Origin: Bryobacterales bacterium
GTDB taxonomy: Bacteria; Acidobacteriota; Terriglobia; Bryobacterales; UBA6623
Direction of reading: 5' to 3'
Length of the DNA: 64,000 nt
NCBI GenBank assembly: GCA_963422375.2
Contig: OY729427.2
Coordinates: 1,760,001 to 1,824,000, forward strand
Shown piece after piece: positions 22,246 through 33,029 of the stretch. Every line of letters begins with the position of its first letter. Position 1 is the stretch's first letter. Made by a program: the position numbers and the translations under genes. The notes under the pieces are model-generated. The model did no database searches. It saw nothing but the letters and a program-made list of their open reading frames with translations, and was not told the DNA's origin.

Positions 22246-25200
22246 ATGAACCGGAACAAGCATCCCATCTTGGCGGCGCTGTTCGCCACGGCGCTCGTGC
22301 TCGTGCCTGTCGCGGCGAATGCCCAGACCACGAACGCGGCGCTCGTCGGCGACGTGACTGACGAGAGCGGCGCGTTGGTGCCAGGTGCGACGGTCACCGT
22401 CACGAACACCGACACCGGAGTCCAGCGCTCAGTCTCCACGAACGAAAGGGGCGCGTACCGCGCCTACCCGGTCCAGCCGGGCACATACGAGATCGCTGCC
22501 TCGAGCGAGGGCTTCAAGACCCGCGTGCAGGGCGGCGTGATTGTCCAAGTTGCCGCGACTGTCAAGGTTGACCTCAGGTTGGAACTCGGGCAGGTGACCG
22601 AGACCGTCGAGGTGACGGGCCAGGTGCCCGTGCTCCAAACACAGGACGCCTCGGTCGGAGGCACCGTGACTACGACCGAGATCGAGCGGATTCCTGTCAA
22701 CGGTCGCAACTACACCCGCCTGATCCTGATGATGCCCGGTACCAGCGGCATGACTTACAGCCAGTCGCGCGGCACCCAGTCCGGCACGATGCTGATCTCG
22801 GTCAACGGTGCCCGCCCGCAGGACAACAACTTCACGATGGACGGCGTGGACAACAACATGATGATGATGAACTCGCCCGGCGGCACGCCACCGATGGACG
22901 CCATCCAGGAGTTCCGTGTGGCGACCAATAACAACGCCGAGTTCGGTCGCTCGATGGGCGCAAACGTCAACATCGCGATCAAGTCCGGCACTAGGGACCT
23001 GCACGGCTCAGCCTACTGGTACGTGCGCAACGACAAGTTCGACGCCAACGACTTCTTCGCGAACCGCAGCGGATCCGGCAAGGTTGCCTTCAGGCAGAAC
23101 CAGTACGGCGGCGCGGTTGGCGGCCCGGTGCCGAGCCTGCGCGACAGCACGTTCTGGTTCTTCAACTGGGAGGGCTATCGCTATCGACGTGGCAACAACG
23201 CCCTCGCGAACTTTCCGACGCAGCTCCAGAGGAATGGAGATTTCTCCGAATTCACGCAGAATATCTACAACCCTTTTTCGGGCCGTGCCGACGCGGACGG
23301 TCACGTCGTGCGAGATCTGTTCGAGAACAAGACCATCCCTCAATCGCTGCACCATCCCGCGATCACGTCGTTCCTCGACATCATGATTCCTCTGCCTAAC
23401 CGTCCTGGAATCTCGCAGAACTACATCAACACTACCTCGGCGCAAAATGACAGGGACTTCTACATAATGCGCGGCGATCACACAGCGGGAGAGAAGGACT
23501 CATTTTCAGTTCGCTACCTGCATCAGAACGTCTCGACATTTTCGCCAAGCTCGAATCCACATCTCTCAAGGGAGAATGATTTCGACGTACGAAATCTGTC
23601 CACACAGTGGACCCGCTTGTTGACTGCGGCGTCGATTCTCGAGGTCCGGTTCGGTTACAACGCGCCTTGGAATCCCAACTGCACCAACAACTCGGCGATT
23701 GACAGACCCGCGTTTTTGGATCGCACTGGGATCCAAATGTTCCAGCGCGAAGTCCTGTGCTCCCCAATTCCCAACATGAGTTCGGACGGAGAGTTCAGCG
23801 CCGGTGGCGGAGGCACGAACACGGGCGACAAAGTCTGGCAGTTCATATCGAACTACTCCAACGTTATGGGTGCCCACTCGATCAAGTTTGGCGTGAACTA
23901 TAGCCGGAGGCATTTCTATACCAACACATCCAACCCGATGAATGGAAACCTGTGGTTCAACGGGGAGCTGACCTCGCTGTACAGCGATCCAGGCTCGGGT
24001 TTCAGCACGGCGAGTATGCTGCTGGGCACGCCGCGACAGTTCCGTCGCTCCACGGGCGAGACCATTACGAACGGACGGATCAATGCTTGGCAGTTCTACC
24101 TTCAAGACGACTGGCGCGCAACTTCGAAGCTGACCATCAATCTAGGCTTGCGGTACGAGTACAACAATCCGCCGTACGACACCACCGATCAGCTCGGGAA
24201 TCTTTGGGTGACACCCAACCCGGTGACTGGAAGCCTTGGCCGACTGATGTGGTCGACGGTCAACCCGGAGGTTGACCCGGAGACTGGCGAGCGCAATCAG
24301 CCGGCTCGCAGGCTAGGGACGACTCGCGCATTGATGTTCGCCGACCGCAACAATTTCGGACCGCGCGCTGGCATTGCGTACCAGATCGACAACAGAACAG
24401 TCATCCGCACCGGGATCGGTGCGTTCTACAACTCCACGTTCGTGCAAGAGCTGCAGGACCTGCGCAAGTTCTGGCCCTACACGCCTCAGCAAGTGGCCAC
24501 GGTCAATACCATTACGGATGAGTCCCCCCGTCCGACATTCTTCGCTGACAATGCCGGGCCTTCGTATTCATCGACCGCGGCGATCGGCGGATGGCCTCAG
24601 AACCCCACCAACCGCTCGCCCTACTCGGTCCAGTGGAATTTCTCCCTCCAGCGGGAGCTGGTCGAGGATCTTTCTCTAAACGTCGGGTACGTGGGGTCGT
24701 CGAGCAAGAAGCAGATCGGCTACACGGCGATCAACACCCCGATGACGCCGGGTCCCGGCGCGATACAGCCCCGTCGGTTCATGCCCGATTTCGGCAACGT
24801 CGATGGCGGAAACAACCGCTTCTCGGGCGAGTACAATTCGCTCCAAGTTGAGCTGAACAAGCGCTTCAGCAGGGGGCTAGGCTTCCGCATGAATTACACG
24901 TGGTCCAAGGCGATGGACGAACAGTCCTCGCTGGCCGAGTGGAAGACGCAGGACCCGTTCAACATTCGCAACGACTGGTCGCGGTCCAGCTGGGACCTGC
25001 AGCACGTGTTCCAAGTGGTCTACATGTGGGACCTGCCTTTTGGTCGAGGCCGTCGCTGGGGCGGAGACTGGAGTGGCGTAGCAAACGCGGCGCTCGGTGG
25101 ATGGGCGCTGGAAGGCTTCACACGCTTCAACTCGGGGCCGCCGGTCAATGTGCTTTCCGGCCGGGACATCGCCAACGTCGGACGTTCCTACCAGCGCCCC

Positions 25201-25545
25201 GACGTCACCTGCGATCCGAATCAAGGCCCGAAGACTGCTGAGCGATGGTACAACGTAGACTGCTTCCAGTTCCCGAAGCAGTACACGTATGGAAACGCGG
25301 GTGCGTCGTTCGTGGAGGCTCAGGGGATCAACTCCTGGGACGTCTCACTCGCCAAGCAGTTCCGCGTGGCCGAGGGGCACCAAGTTACCTTGCGGGCAGA
25401 GTTCTTCAACACGTTCAACACAACTCACTTCCGCAAGCCAGGGAGCAACAGGAACGACACGCTGGCGTCCGGTTCCGTAGGGAGAATATTTAGGACGCAA
25501 GTAGCGCCACGACAGATTCAATTTGTTCTGCGCTACGAATTCTAA
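22246..25545 (+). CDS. TonB-dependent receptor with carboxypeptidase-like regulatory N-domain (Acidobacteria type)
   Basis: Signal peptide, G.VTDESGA.VPGATVTVTN, P.NGRNY, DAIQEFRV, KSGT..LHGS, QDDWR, C-terminal RQIQFVLRYEF; GAGGAG RBS. Confidence 0.93.
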   Translation: MNRNKHPILAALFATALVLVPVAANAQTTNAALVGDVTDESGALVPGATVTVTNTDTGVQRSVSTNERGAYRAYPVQPGTYEIAASSEGFKTRVQGGVIVQVAATVKVDLRLELGQVTETVEVTGQVPVLQTQDASVGGTVTTTEIERIPVNGRNYTRLILMMPGTSGMTYSQSRGTQSGTMLISVNGARPQDNNFTMDGVDNNMMMMNSPGGTPPMDAIQEFRVATNNNAEFGRSMGANVNIAIKSGTRDLHGSAYWYVRNDKFDANDFFANRSGSGKVAFRQNQYGGAVGGPVPSLRDSTFWFFNWEGYRYRRGNNALANFPTQLQRNGDFSEFTQNIYNPFSGRADADGHVVRDLFENKTIPQSLHHPAITSFLDIMIPLPNRPGISQNYINTTSAQNDRDFYIMRGDHTAGEKDSFSVRYLHQNVSTFSPSSNPHLSRENDFDVRNLSTQWTRLLTAASILEVRFGYNAPWNPNCTNNSAIDRPAFLDRTGIQMFQREVLCSPIPNMSSDGEFSAGGGGTNTGDKVWQFISNYSNVMGAHSIKFGVNYSRRHFYTNTSNPMNGNLWFNGELTSLYSDPGSGFSTASMLLGTPRQFRRSTGETITNGRINAWQFYLQDDWRATSKLTINLGLRYEYNNPPYDTTDQLGNLWVTPNPVTGSLGRLMWSTVNPEVDPETGERNQPARRLGTTRALMFADRNNFGPRAGIAYQIDNRTVIRTGIGAFYNSTFVQELQDLRKFWPYTPQQVATVNTITDESPRPTFFADNAGPSYSSTAAIGGWPQNPTNRSPYSVQWNFSLQRELVEDLSLNVGYVGSSSKKQIGYTAINTPMTPGPGAIQPRRFMPDFGNVDGGNNRFSGEYNSLQVELNKRFSRGLGFRMNYTWSKAMDEQSSLAEWKTQDPFNIRNDWSRSSWDLQHVFQVVYMWDLPFGRGRRWGGDWSGVANAALGGWALEGFTRFNSGPPVNVLSGRDIANVGRSYQRPDVTCDPNQGPKTAERWYNVDCFQFPKQYTYGNAGASFVEAQGINSWDVSLAKQFRVAEGHQVTLRAEFFNTFNTTHFRKPGSNRNDTLASGSVGRIFRTQVAPRQIQFVLRYEF

Positions 25546-25559
25546 CTGTCACACCTAGG

Positions 25560-25594
25560 TTCAAGCTCGGACGCGTCAAGTGTCCGAGCTTGAA
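25560..25594 (+). terminator. Hairpin after the TonB receptor gene, putative terminator
   Basis: Perfect 13-bp stem TTCAAGCTCGGAC / GTCCGAGCTTGAA, 14 nt after the stop; weak U-tract. Confidence 0.55.
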
Positions 25595-25925
25595 TCGCAG
25601 TTATATATTTGCTGGTCTCGGTGCGGCGAATATTGGTCGGCAACCGACGGATTCCTAGGTCCCTGGCTGACAATGCAGCAGGGATGAATGCCGGGCTGCT
25701 ACGAGCACCGTGCGATTAGCCGTCACGCTGCCTGCGATCAAATGTACGGGAGCCCTCAATCGTGACCGACCTCTGCGGTCGTTTCAGAATACGGTGAGCT
25801 GTCGCGACGGAACCCTCCGACTGGCTCCGTTCGCCGATAAAGGCTCCTGGTTGAAGCTCTCGCGGCAGACGGCGCAAGGAGCTCCGGATCGAGCATGTTG
25901 CCTGCGAATCGGTCGGGAGAGCGAG

Positions 25926-26860
25926 CTAGCCAGACTGGCCGGACATGAGCGGAGTGAGGTTGTCGCCAAGTATATCCTCAGCTTCATGCGTGTGCAGGCC
26001 GCGCGAGCGCACTGCCTTGCACTGGGTCTCGAATACGCCTCGGTTCCAGCCCCCAGGAAAGAAGGACGAGTCGGAACCGAAAAGGAGTCGTTCCGGCTCG
26101 ACCACGTCTAGCGTGCGTCCGAACACCTCGCTCAGGCTCGGTCTCGGCAGAAGATACTTCGTCCAGCTGTTAGTGCTGGACGTGTCGAGGTATACATTCC
26201 TCGCCAGATCGGCCAGCATCAGCGCCTCGCGGAAGAAGCCCGCTCCGAAATGGGGGATCACGAACGTCGTCGCCGGATGCGCGAGGCCCACGGGGGGCAG
26301 GTCAACCGGGTTTGAGCGGCTCAGGTCGAACCTCGACGCGAGTCCCAGCCTCGCCCTGACGCCGACTGTCAGGACTGCCGCGTGCACGAACACGACACGC
26401 CCCGACAGCCGGCCCGCCATCTCGTACATTCGTACAGGGGCGCGAGGCGCTCGGCTTGAACCGAGAGTCGGTGCATGGCCGGGGAGTGGCAGAGCCCTCG
26501 CAGCCCGAATCCCACGAACGCTCTCTCGGCTCGTTGCCGAGCCCCGTCCGCGAGCGGGTCGAGCATGAAGTAGCCGTGAAACCGGTGCGGAAAGGCCCCG
26601 ACAGCGTCCGCGACCGACGATTCGCCGCCCGGCACGCGGGCCATCGGCACTGACATGGACACGCCGTGCCGGTCCAGCTCACGGGCCCAGTCGCCGGGTA
26701 GTTCCGCGTTGCTCGCCGACGGAGGGTCCCACCCGGGGGACGCGACCATTGGTCCACGTCCGCCGCGCCCTTCTGCCGGGCCAGCGCCTCGAAGAATGAT
26801 CGGGAGAATGGGTGCGCGTGGGCGTCCTGGACTGCGACCTCACCCCAGGGAGCTTGTACG
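25926..26860 (-). pseudogene. Amidohydrolase_2 family protein, frameshifted
   Basis: Three frames join: DAHAH...; WARELDRHGV...PAMH; VFVH...VIPHFGAG...YLDTS...LLFGSDSSFFP. A short TGTACGA duplication at about 26422-26436 causes one shift. Confidence 0.8.
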
Positions 26861-27133
26861 CGCTCGGTCCCGCCCGCCGGATATCGCCGGCACGAAATGC
26901 ACCTCGGAGTCTTCCTCCACGTCGTCCAGCATGCCGAGCGTGCTGACCTCGCCGTCGATAGCCACGGAGATACTGCGCCGAAGCTGCTCGCCGTCAAGCA
27001 GGCGGCTCCGCAATGCGGGAAAGCGCGCCGTCAAGTCGTCCGCGACCTCTCGGACGGTAGAGCCGCTGGTATGGACGATCTCGCAGCCGTCCGCGAGCGG
27101 GCGCAGCATGGAGGGAATGTAAACGGTGGGCAT
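26840..27133 (-). CDS. MoaD/ThiS family sulfur carrier, with 10 extra residues after GG
   Basis: MPTVYIPSMLR...GSTVREV..L...FP.L...VAIDG...EVHFVPAISGG-RDRARTSSLG. Confidence 0.8.
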   Translation of the reverse strand: MPTVYIPSMLRPLADGCEIVHTSGSTVREVADDLTARFPALRSRLLDGEQLRRSISVAIDGEVSTLGMLDDVEEDSEVHFVPAISGGRDRARTSSLG

Positions 27134-27277
27134 GCGGGAATCGATCATTATGCACTGACAGCGGGGGACCGTCGGCGTGGAACGGCGACCGGACGGGGCG
27201 GGCGAGAAGGCTAATCGCGCGGCGATCACCTCGCAACTGCCGCCCCCGATGCCGAGGAACGGGTCGTCGCTGGTGGC

Positions 27278-27600
27278 ATGCGGATGTACAACACAGATGG
27301 CCCTTTCTTAGCCGAGCGCCACAATTGCATCCCGTCGCACCGACGGGCCGCCCTCGACGAAGTTCTCGGGCTGATCCGCCAGTGGAAGTACTTCAGCCTA
27401 GACCCCCCGGGCCAGTCGCGCAAGACCTCGGCGCCACTCGCGCTGCAGGATTTGCTCAGCGGCAGCGCCAAGGCCGACTGACGCTGCGCTAAGTGGTCCA
27501 TTGAGTGACAACGGGTGGGATAGTCGCGGGATGTCTGCTGCATGCATGGGCGGATGCGACACTCCCAGCCCGCCACATGCAAGTCGCCAGATGGCGGCGA
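27278..27600 (+). pseudogene. AAA-family ATP-binding protein N-terminal remnant
   Basis: MRMYNTDGP..AERHNCIP...LDEVLGLIRQWKYF...PGQSRKTS resembles MRFFNTAGP..HY...APRQTGKTS with a degenerate Walker A. Confidence 0.6.
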
Positions 27601-27887
27601 GGCCGCTCTGGGCCTACGGCCGTGCCCGTGCTCCGCTGTTCTTCGCGACACTGCCCTCTCCCTCGTTGCCGTTCCGCGAACCGACGCGCTGCAGTCAGCC
27701 GCTGGACTGTCCGACGGACCAGGGCCACCTCATCTGCCCGCGCAGACAATGATCCCAAGGCACCTTAGAGCCCAAATTGAGAATTGATGATCAACGGACA
27801 TGCGAATGACTCAGCGGTTCCCTTCCGAACACACAGGAATACGCAGGCCAGCGGCAGGGTTGGCAGACTCGGGCGACTGCGCGGAAG

Positions 27888-28148
27888 TCAGACCAGCGGG
27901 GCAATCTTGCCGGGATCAGCGTTGCGCGCAGCCCGTCCCCACGCCTCCATCAATTCCGCTCGGTGAGACGATGCCCACTCCAACACCAGACCTAGCGCGC
28001 GGCGCGGCAGATCGCCCCTCAGAACAGTTAGCTCCGGAATTCCGATCACGGCAGTCGACCCGCCGTAAGCCGCGTGAAAATGCGGTGAATGGTGATCAGC
28101 GCAGTACATCCTGACGACGATTCCCTAGAACTGGGTCAGCTCAGGCAT
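27888..28148 (-). pseudogene. DUF4160 protein (TA component) with premature TAG
   Basis: MPELTQF*GIVVRMYCADHHSPHFHAAY...G.LPRRALGLVLEWA..HRAELMEAW. Confidence 0.8.
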
Positions 28149-28430
28149 TTCGGGTGGGCCCTTGGGGTCGGAGAACAGCTCTGACGGGCTCGTGCCTGTA
28201 AGACGCAGGTACATGGCGTCCGGGCAGAGGTCCAGCCGGTCGCTCCAGCTGATCGAGCCGTCTGGACCGATCCGAACGGACGCGAAGAATTCGGGATCGT
28301 TCCAAGATTCGAACACCCCCTTTCCGGCGATGTCAGTCAAGTCGACCTCGCCGCTCACGCCGTCGTCGTACTGCAGCCAGATCCGGAAACCCGAGCGCGT
28401 CTCGACATGCCTGGGGCGAGCCCGACCACT
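28125..28430 (-). pseudogene. DUF2442 protein (TA partner); start damaged next to MITE copy 3
   Basis: FRIWLQYDDGVSGEVDL...GKGVFESW.D..FF..V...GSISW.D.LDLCPDAMYL. Confidence 0.78.
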
Positions 28431-28447
28431 TCCTTCGCTCCTAGTTA

Positions 28448-28702
28448 GTGCCCGTGACAAAACTCGTATCCCCTTGACAACAAAGGCGTTAGGTGCAATC
28501 TCTCAAGTCGAAGATTTCGCTGGAATGCTACGACTAGGCCGAAATCCTGGCGATTCTGGGTAGAGGGCGGAAATCTTCGCGATTGGCGGCTGAGCAACTT
28601 CCGACCTTGGGCGCTATATGTTGTGTTTGTGGCTCCATTCGACCTCAGGATGTAGTATGAAATGCTGATCGGGCCAGAATTCAGGGGTTTTGTCACAAGC
28701 AC
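28448..28702 (-). mobile_element. 255-bp MITE, copy 3 (inverted)
   Basis: Reverse complement of copies 1 and 2; same TIRs and TA flanks. Confidence 0.92.
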
Positions 28703-29265
28703 TACCTACGCTGCGGCTGCCGAAGCGGGCGCTCGGCTCGTCGGAATCATACCTGAACTGGGTGGCCCGATCATGTAGGCTCGGCGCTACCGGCGGGTCC
28801 GCCGCCTCTTGAGGGCTGCTTGGAATCCCGGAATTCGGCGAGCCTGATGGCTTTGCGTCTTGATCTGACTGCCTGGATGCGACATTCCTTGGAAGCGCTT
28901 GCCGCCCGTTGCGGGCACTGGGGCCTTCAACCGATGTTCGCCACGTGATAGCATCCGGAGATCCATGATTCGTTTCGCTTGAACGACTCCCGGATCACCG
29001 CGGACTCACTTGGCCCTACAAGAATTGTGCCGGGACACGGCGGTTCGCTCGATTCGGTCCTCGACGCGCTACCGGTGCAGCTGCGAAACCTCTTCCCAAT
29101 CCGGGGCGAGGGTCACGGGCTCCGCAGGCGGGCGCGTGCCTTAGCGATTCTCAATCTTCCGCCCGTCCGCGATGCACGGGGTGGCCCTCACTCGGCGCTA
29201 GTCCTCGAGCTGGTTGCGGACAGTCTGCCGACTGTAGCGGATGCCATGCAGCGCAAGACACCAGC

Positions 29266-29560
29266 CCATATCCGTTCGACGAGCTCTCGAAGCTCTACCA
29301 CGGACGCTGGAGAGTCGAGGACCCGTACAAGATCTCGAAACAGCTGCCGGACGCGGACGACTTTCGCGGCCGCAGCGAGCGCACGGTCCGCCAGGACCAG
29401 TTCGATCGCCTCAACCTGATCTCGATGAAGCGGCTCTTGTCCAACTGCAGCGAGGAGGGCCACCGCACACCGCTGGACGAGCGACACCGCTGGACGAGCG
29501 CGGCAAGCCGGGCATGCAGGCCAGCGACCGGGTGTACCGCAAGGCCTGGCCGGGGCGGAG
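29266..29560 (+). pseudogene. IS4-family transposase C-terminal fragment
   Basis: Manual translation YPFDELSKLYHGRWRVEDPYKISKQL....FRGRSERTVRQD matches the Y-(2)-R-(3)-E-(6)-K signature. Confidence 0.7.
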
Positions 29561-30140
29561 GCAAGGATTGGTACGGTGGGTCCCGGCATTCCCGAGCGGC
29601 GCTATTGCTTCCCGCCTCTCCGGAGAATCTTTCCAGACGATGTTCTCTGGGGCATCCGTCGGCGGAAGCACTCCATCCTGCGCTGTCAGCCCGGGATTTC
29701 AGGAGCGCAGCCCGCCGCTCGTATCGGCGGGGACCCCGGGCGCCACCGCGCTGAAGCTGCCGCAGCACGCAGAGCGACGAGGAGGCACTCCGTCCGTTGG
29801 AAGGCCATCCCCGGTATCGAGGGCTCGCGCCTTGACTTGCCGCGAATCGCAAGGGGCGGGCCAACAACCTTGTCGGCAGCGAGCCGGCTGGCTCGTAGGA
29901 AGCGGTTCCGGGCCGCTCAAGGGCCGAGTGCCGTCACGTCCTGACGGGCTCGTGGTCGGGGGCACCACTCCCTGTAGGCGCGCTCCCAGAAGGCTTGATC
30001 CGCATGGGCGAGGCTGGCTGTAGCGCCGAAGGGACCATTCGTGCTAGCCTTTCGGGGTCGCAGCGCGCCACGCTCGTGTACCTTTGGATCGCGGAAGTTC
30101 GGCTGCAGAAGCGTTCCACGCCTAAGAAGCCGAACCTTCC

Positions 30141-31727
30141 ATGAACATTCTTCTCTATAATCCGGACAACCAAGTCACCAAGAACTACATGCCGCACCTG
30201 TGGATGTTCGTTCTGCGGGCGGTGACGCCGCCTGGGCACAAGGTCTTTTTGATCGACGGCAACGCCCAGAGCATGACCGAGCGGAGCATCGCCGACTTCG
30301 TCCGGGAGAACGACATCCAGCTCGCGGGCATCGGGGCCATGACGCGCATGGCAGCCCGGGCCTACCGCATGGCCGACGCGATCCGTGCCGCGGGCGCGAA
30401 GGTGGTAATGGGAGGGCCCCACGTCACCGAGGTGCCGGACGAGCCGATCGGCAAGGCCGGCGAGCCCCGCCACGCGGACGCCGTCGCGTTAGGAGAGGCT
30501 GACGAACTGTGGCCTCGGATCGTGACTGACGCCGCGGCAGGCCGCTTGCAAGAAGTCTACATGCCGGTCGACGAGAGCGGCTGCGAAGTCAAGCCGTCCT
30601 TGGAGAACTATCCTTCAATCCCGTGGGAGACGATGGACCTCTCGCAGTTCGACCTCGTTGCGAAGATTCCCGCATGGGGCCGATACCTGCTGGAGAAGGC
30701 GGGCAGCACGTGGAAGAGCCTGTACGTCGTGCCGATCGAGTCGGGGCGCGGCTGTCCGTACGGCTGCGACTTCTGCACAGTGACGGGGTTCTTCGGCGAC
30801 TCTATCCGCTACCGCTCGAACGACAGCGTGGTCGGCGAAATCCTGCGGCTTAAGGCCCGCGCAGCGGCCGAGGACGGCAAGGTCGGGGTGTTCTTCATCG
30901 ACGACAACTTCGCGATCAACGTCAAGCGCACCAAGTCGCTGCTGCGGGCAATGATCGACCGAGGGGCCCAAGTGCCGTGGGTGGCGCAGATAAGCATGAA
31001 CCTGCTCAAGGACGAGGAATTGTGCGATCTGATCAAGGAGAGCGGCGGGCGCTGGATCTTCATGGGCTTGGAATCCATCGACGCGGCCAACCTCAAGGAC
31101 GTCAACAAGGGGTTCAACAAGCCGGCCAAGTACGGCGAGGTGCTGGATCGTCTCGCAAGCCGCGGGATCTACGCGATTACCTCGTTCATCTTCGGAATGG
31201 ACGGTGACCGTCCCGGTGTTGCCCGCCAGACGCTTGACGCCATCGACGAGTGGCCGCCGGGCCTGCCCGTGTACGGCCTGATGACGCCCTACCCGGCCAC
31301 CCCCCTGTACGACCGCCTGATGGCGCAGGGGCGCCTGACCCGCCCGAAGCACTGGCTGGACTTCCGGCCGTTCCAGATGGCGTATACCCCGGAGAACATC
31401 AGCATCGAGCAGGCGGAGGCCGAGGTGCGCCAGGCATGGACCGAATCGTATTCGCCCCAGTCCACGGCGCTCGCCCTGAAGCGAATCGAGGGAAGGCCGT
31501 TTCACGAGCGCGCCGTGATGTTCTTCACCCGCCTGGCGTTCCGGGGCATCTACTTCCCGCAGATGACCAAGCGCCATTGGGTGGCCCTGCTCTGGCAGAA
31601 CCGCGGCAGCCTGATGCGGATCATTGCCGAGGGCTACAATCTGCACCGCAACCGTCGGCGGAAGGGCGAGGGGCCTTCGGCCGGGCGTCCATTGCCCGCT
31701 CGCGAGTCCGAGCGCGTGGCCGCGTGA
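30141..31727 (+). CDS. B12-binding-domain radical SAM protein
   Basis: N-terminal cobalamin-binding fold (VVMGGPHVT, GEAD), RGCPYGCDFC, FFIDDNF, GLES, FIFGMDGD, TPYPATPLY. Confidence 0.9.
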   Translation: MNILLYNPDNQVTKNYMPHLWMFVLRAVTPPGHKVFLIDGNAQSMTERSIADFVRENDIQLAGIGAMTRMAARAYRMADAIRAAGAKVVMGGPHVTEVPDEPIGKAGEPRHADAVALGEADELWPRIVTDAAAGRLQEVYMPVDESGCEVKPSLENYPSIPWETMDLSQFDLVAKIPAWGRYLLEKAGSTWKSLYVVPIESGRGCPYGCDFCTVTGFFGDSIRYRSNDSVVGEILRLKARAAAEDGKVGVFFIDDNFAINVKRTKSLLRAMIDRGAQVPWVAQISMNLLKDEELCDLIKESGGRWIFMGLESIDAANLKDVNKGFNKPAKYGEVLDRLASRGIYAITSFIFGMDGDRPGVARQTLDAIDEWPPGLPVYGLMTPYPATPLYDRLMAQGRLTRPKHWLDFRPFQMAYTPENISIEQAEAEVRQAWTESYSPQSTALALKRIEGRPFHERAVMFFTRLAFRGIYFPQMTKRHWVALLWQNRGSLMRIIAEGYNLHRNRRRKGEGPSAGRPLPARESERVAA

Positions 31728-31838
31728 GCTAGGCGCGACGGGGGATTCTCTCCGCCGTACCTGCCGGACGATGCCGGCACCGGGGATTGGACGGTCTCGC
31801 CCGGCAACCCGGTTCCTCCGGCGCCGGAATCCCGGCTG

Positions 31839-33029
31839 CTAGGCCGCGACGGTCCGGCTGCTCTTCGTTGGCACCCACTTGCTCAGTGATCGTGCAAATT
31901 CGGGGATCCGGCTCGCGGGAATCGCGGTGATCCTGTCGTCCAGAGAGTACGCCTCCTCGCCGGGATATACGACCCACAGGTGTTCGAGGCTGAGGTCCCG
32001 AAGGGCCGCGCGCATCGACTTGGTGGTGCTAGGGGCGTCCGCGTACTTGCATTCGAAGCCGTGCCGGCGCCCCTCGACGTGAATCAGAAAGTCCAGCTCG
32101 GCTCCCGCGTGCGTTGCCCAGAAGTACGGCGCCGAGTCGAACGCTCCGGCCACCTGCTCGAGGACGAACCCCTTGAAGGACGCTCCCACCTTCGGGTGGC
32201 CGGCGAGGGCGTCGGGCCGGTCCACCGAGAGGAGCGTGTGGAGCAGCCCCGAATCGCACACGTACAGCTTCGGCGACTTGACCTGGCGCTTCCTGAGATT
32301 CTCGATCCAGGCCGGGAGAACCCGAACCATGTGCCCTCCGGCAAGGATTCCAAGGTACTTCCTCGCCAGCGCTTGGCTCGCGCCCATGGCGCGAGAGAAT
32401 TCGGCCGCATTCCATGCCTTGCCATGCCAGTGGGCCACCATCGTCCAGAATCGGTAGAGTGGCTCCGACGGAGCAGAGACCCCCATCTGCGGCAGGTCGC
32501 GCTCGAGGAAATCCCGAACGAACCGTCGCCTCCACCGGACCGACGACCGATCACCGGGCGCGAGGAAGCTTCGCGGGAAGCAGCCTCGCTGCCAAAGAGT
32601 CCGCCAGGAGTCGGACCCGACCTCGGCGATGCTGAACCCGCCTAGGTTCTCCACGGCGGCATGCCCGGCTAGCGATTCCGAAACATCCAGCGCGAGAGTC
32701 GGCGACGCGGTTCCGAGCATCAGGAGCTTTGCTGGGTATCCCGGCCGGTCAAGCAGCGCCCGCAGCGGATCGCACAGCGATGGCCGGCGCTGGATCCCGT
32801 CGATGACAACGAGTCCGCGCAAGCCCGCAAGCGCTTGGAGCGGCACCTCCAGCCTCCGTCGGTCCGCGGGATCTTCTAGGTCGAACCAAGCGCCAATGGA
32901 ACTCTCGCGGGCGATGGCACGTGCCAGCGTCGTCTTGCCGCATTGCCGGGGCCCGAGGAGCGCCACAGCCGGGTGCAAGGCGAGCGCTTCGCGCAGGCGC
33001 GCTGCGGGATACGGCCGTGCTACCTGCAT
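31839..33029 (-). CDS. AAA_14 + DUF4143 ATP-binding protein, possibly decaying
   Basis: GPRQCGKTT, KRQVKSPKLY..DSG, ELD..FECK; Walker B reads IDGIQ instead of IDEIQ. Confidence 0.8.
   Translation of the reverse strand: MQVARPYPAARLREALALHPAVALLGPRQCGKTTLARAIARESSIGAWFDLEDPADRRRLEVPLQALAGLRGLVVIDGIQRRPSLCDPLRALLDRPGYPAKLLMLGTASPTLALDVSESLAGHAAVENLGGFSIAEVGSDSWRTLWQRGCFPRSFLAPGDRSSVRWRRRFVRDFLERDLPQMGVSAPSEPLYRFWTMVAHWHGKAWNAAEFSRAMGASQALARKYLGILAGGHMVRVLPAWIENLRKRQVKSPKLYVCDSGLLHTLLSVDRPDALAGHPKVGASFKGFVLEQVAGAFDSAPYFWATHAGAELDFLIHVEGRRHGFECKYADAPSTTKSMRAALRDLSLEHLWVVYPGEEAYSLDDRITAIPASRIPEFARSLSKWVPTKSSRTVAA

Noticed and set aside
5454..28127. Amber (TAG) recoding suggested by several in-frame TAGs
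   Set aside because: TAG terminates many intact genes here, the TAGs fall at positions of different expected residues, and the affected genes carry other lesions
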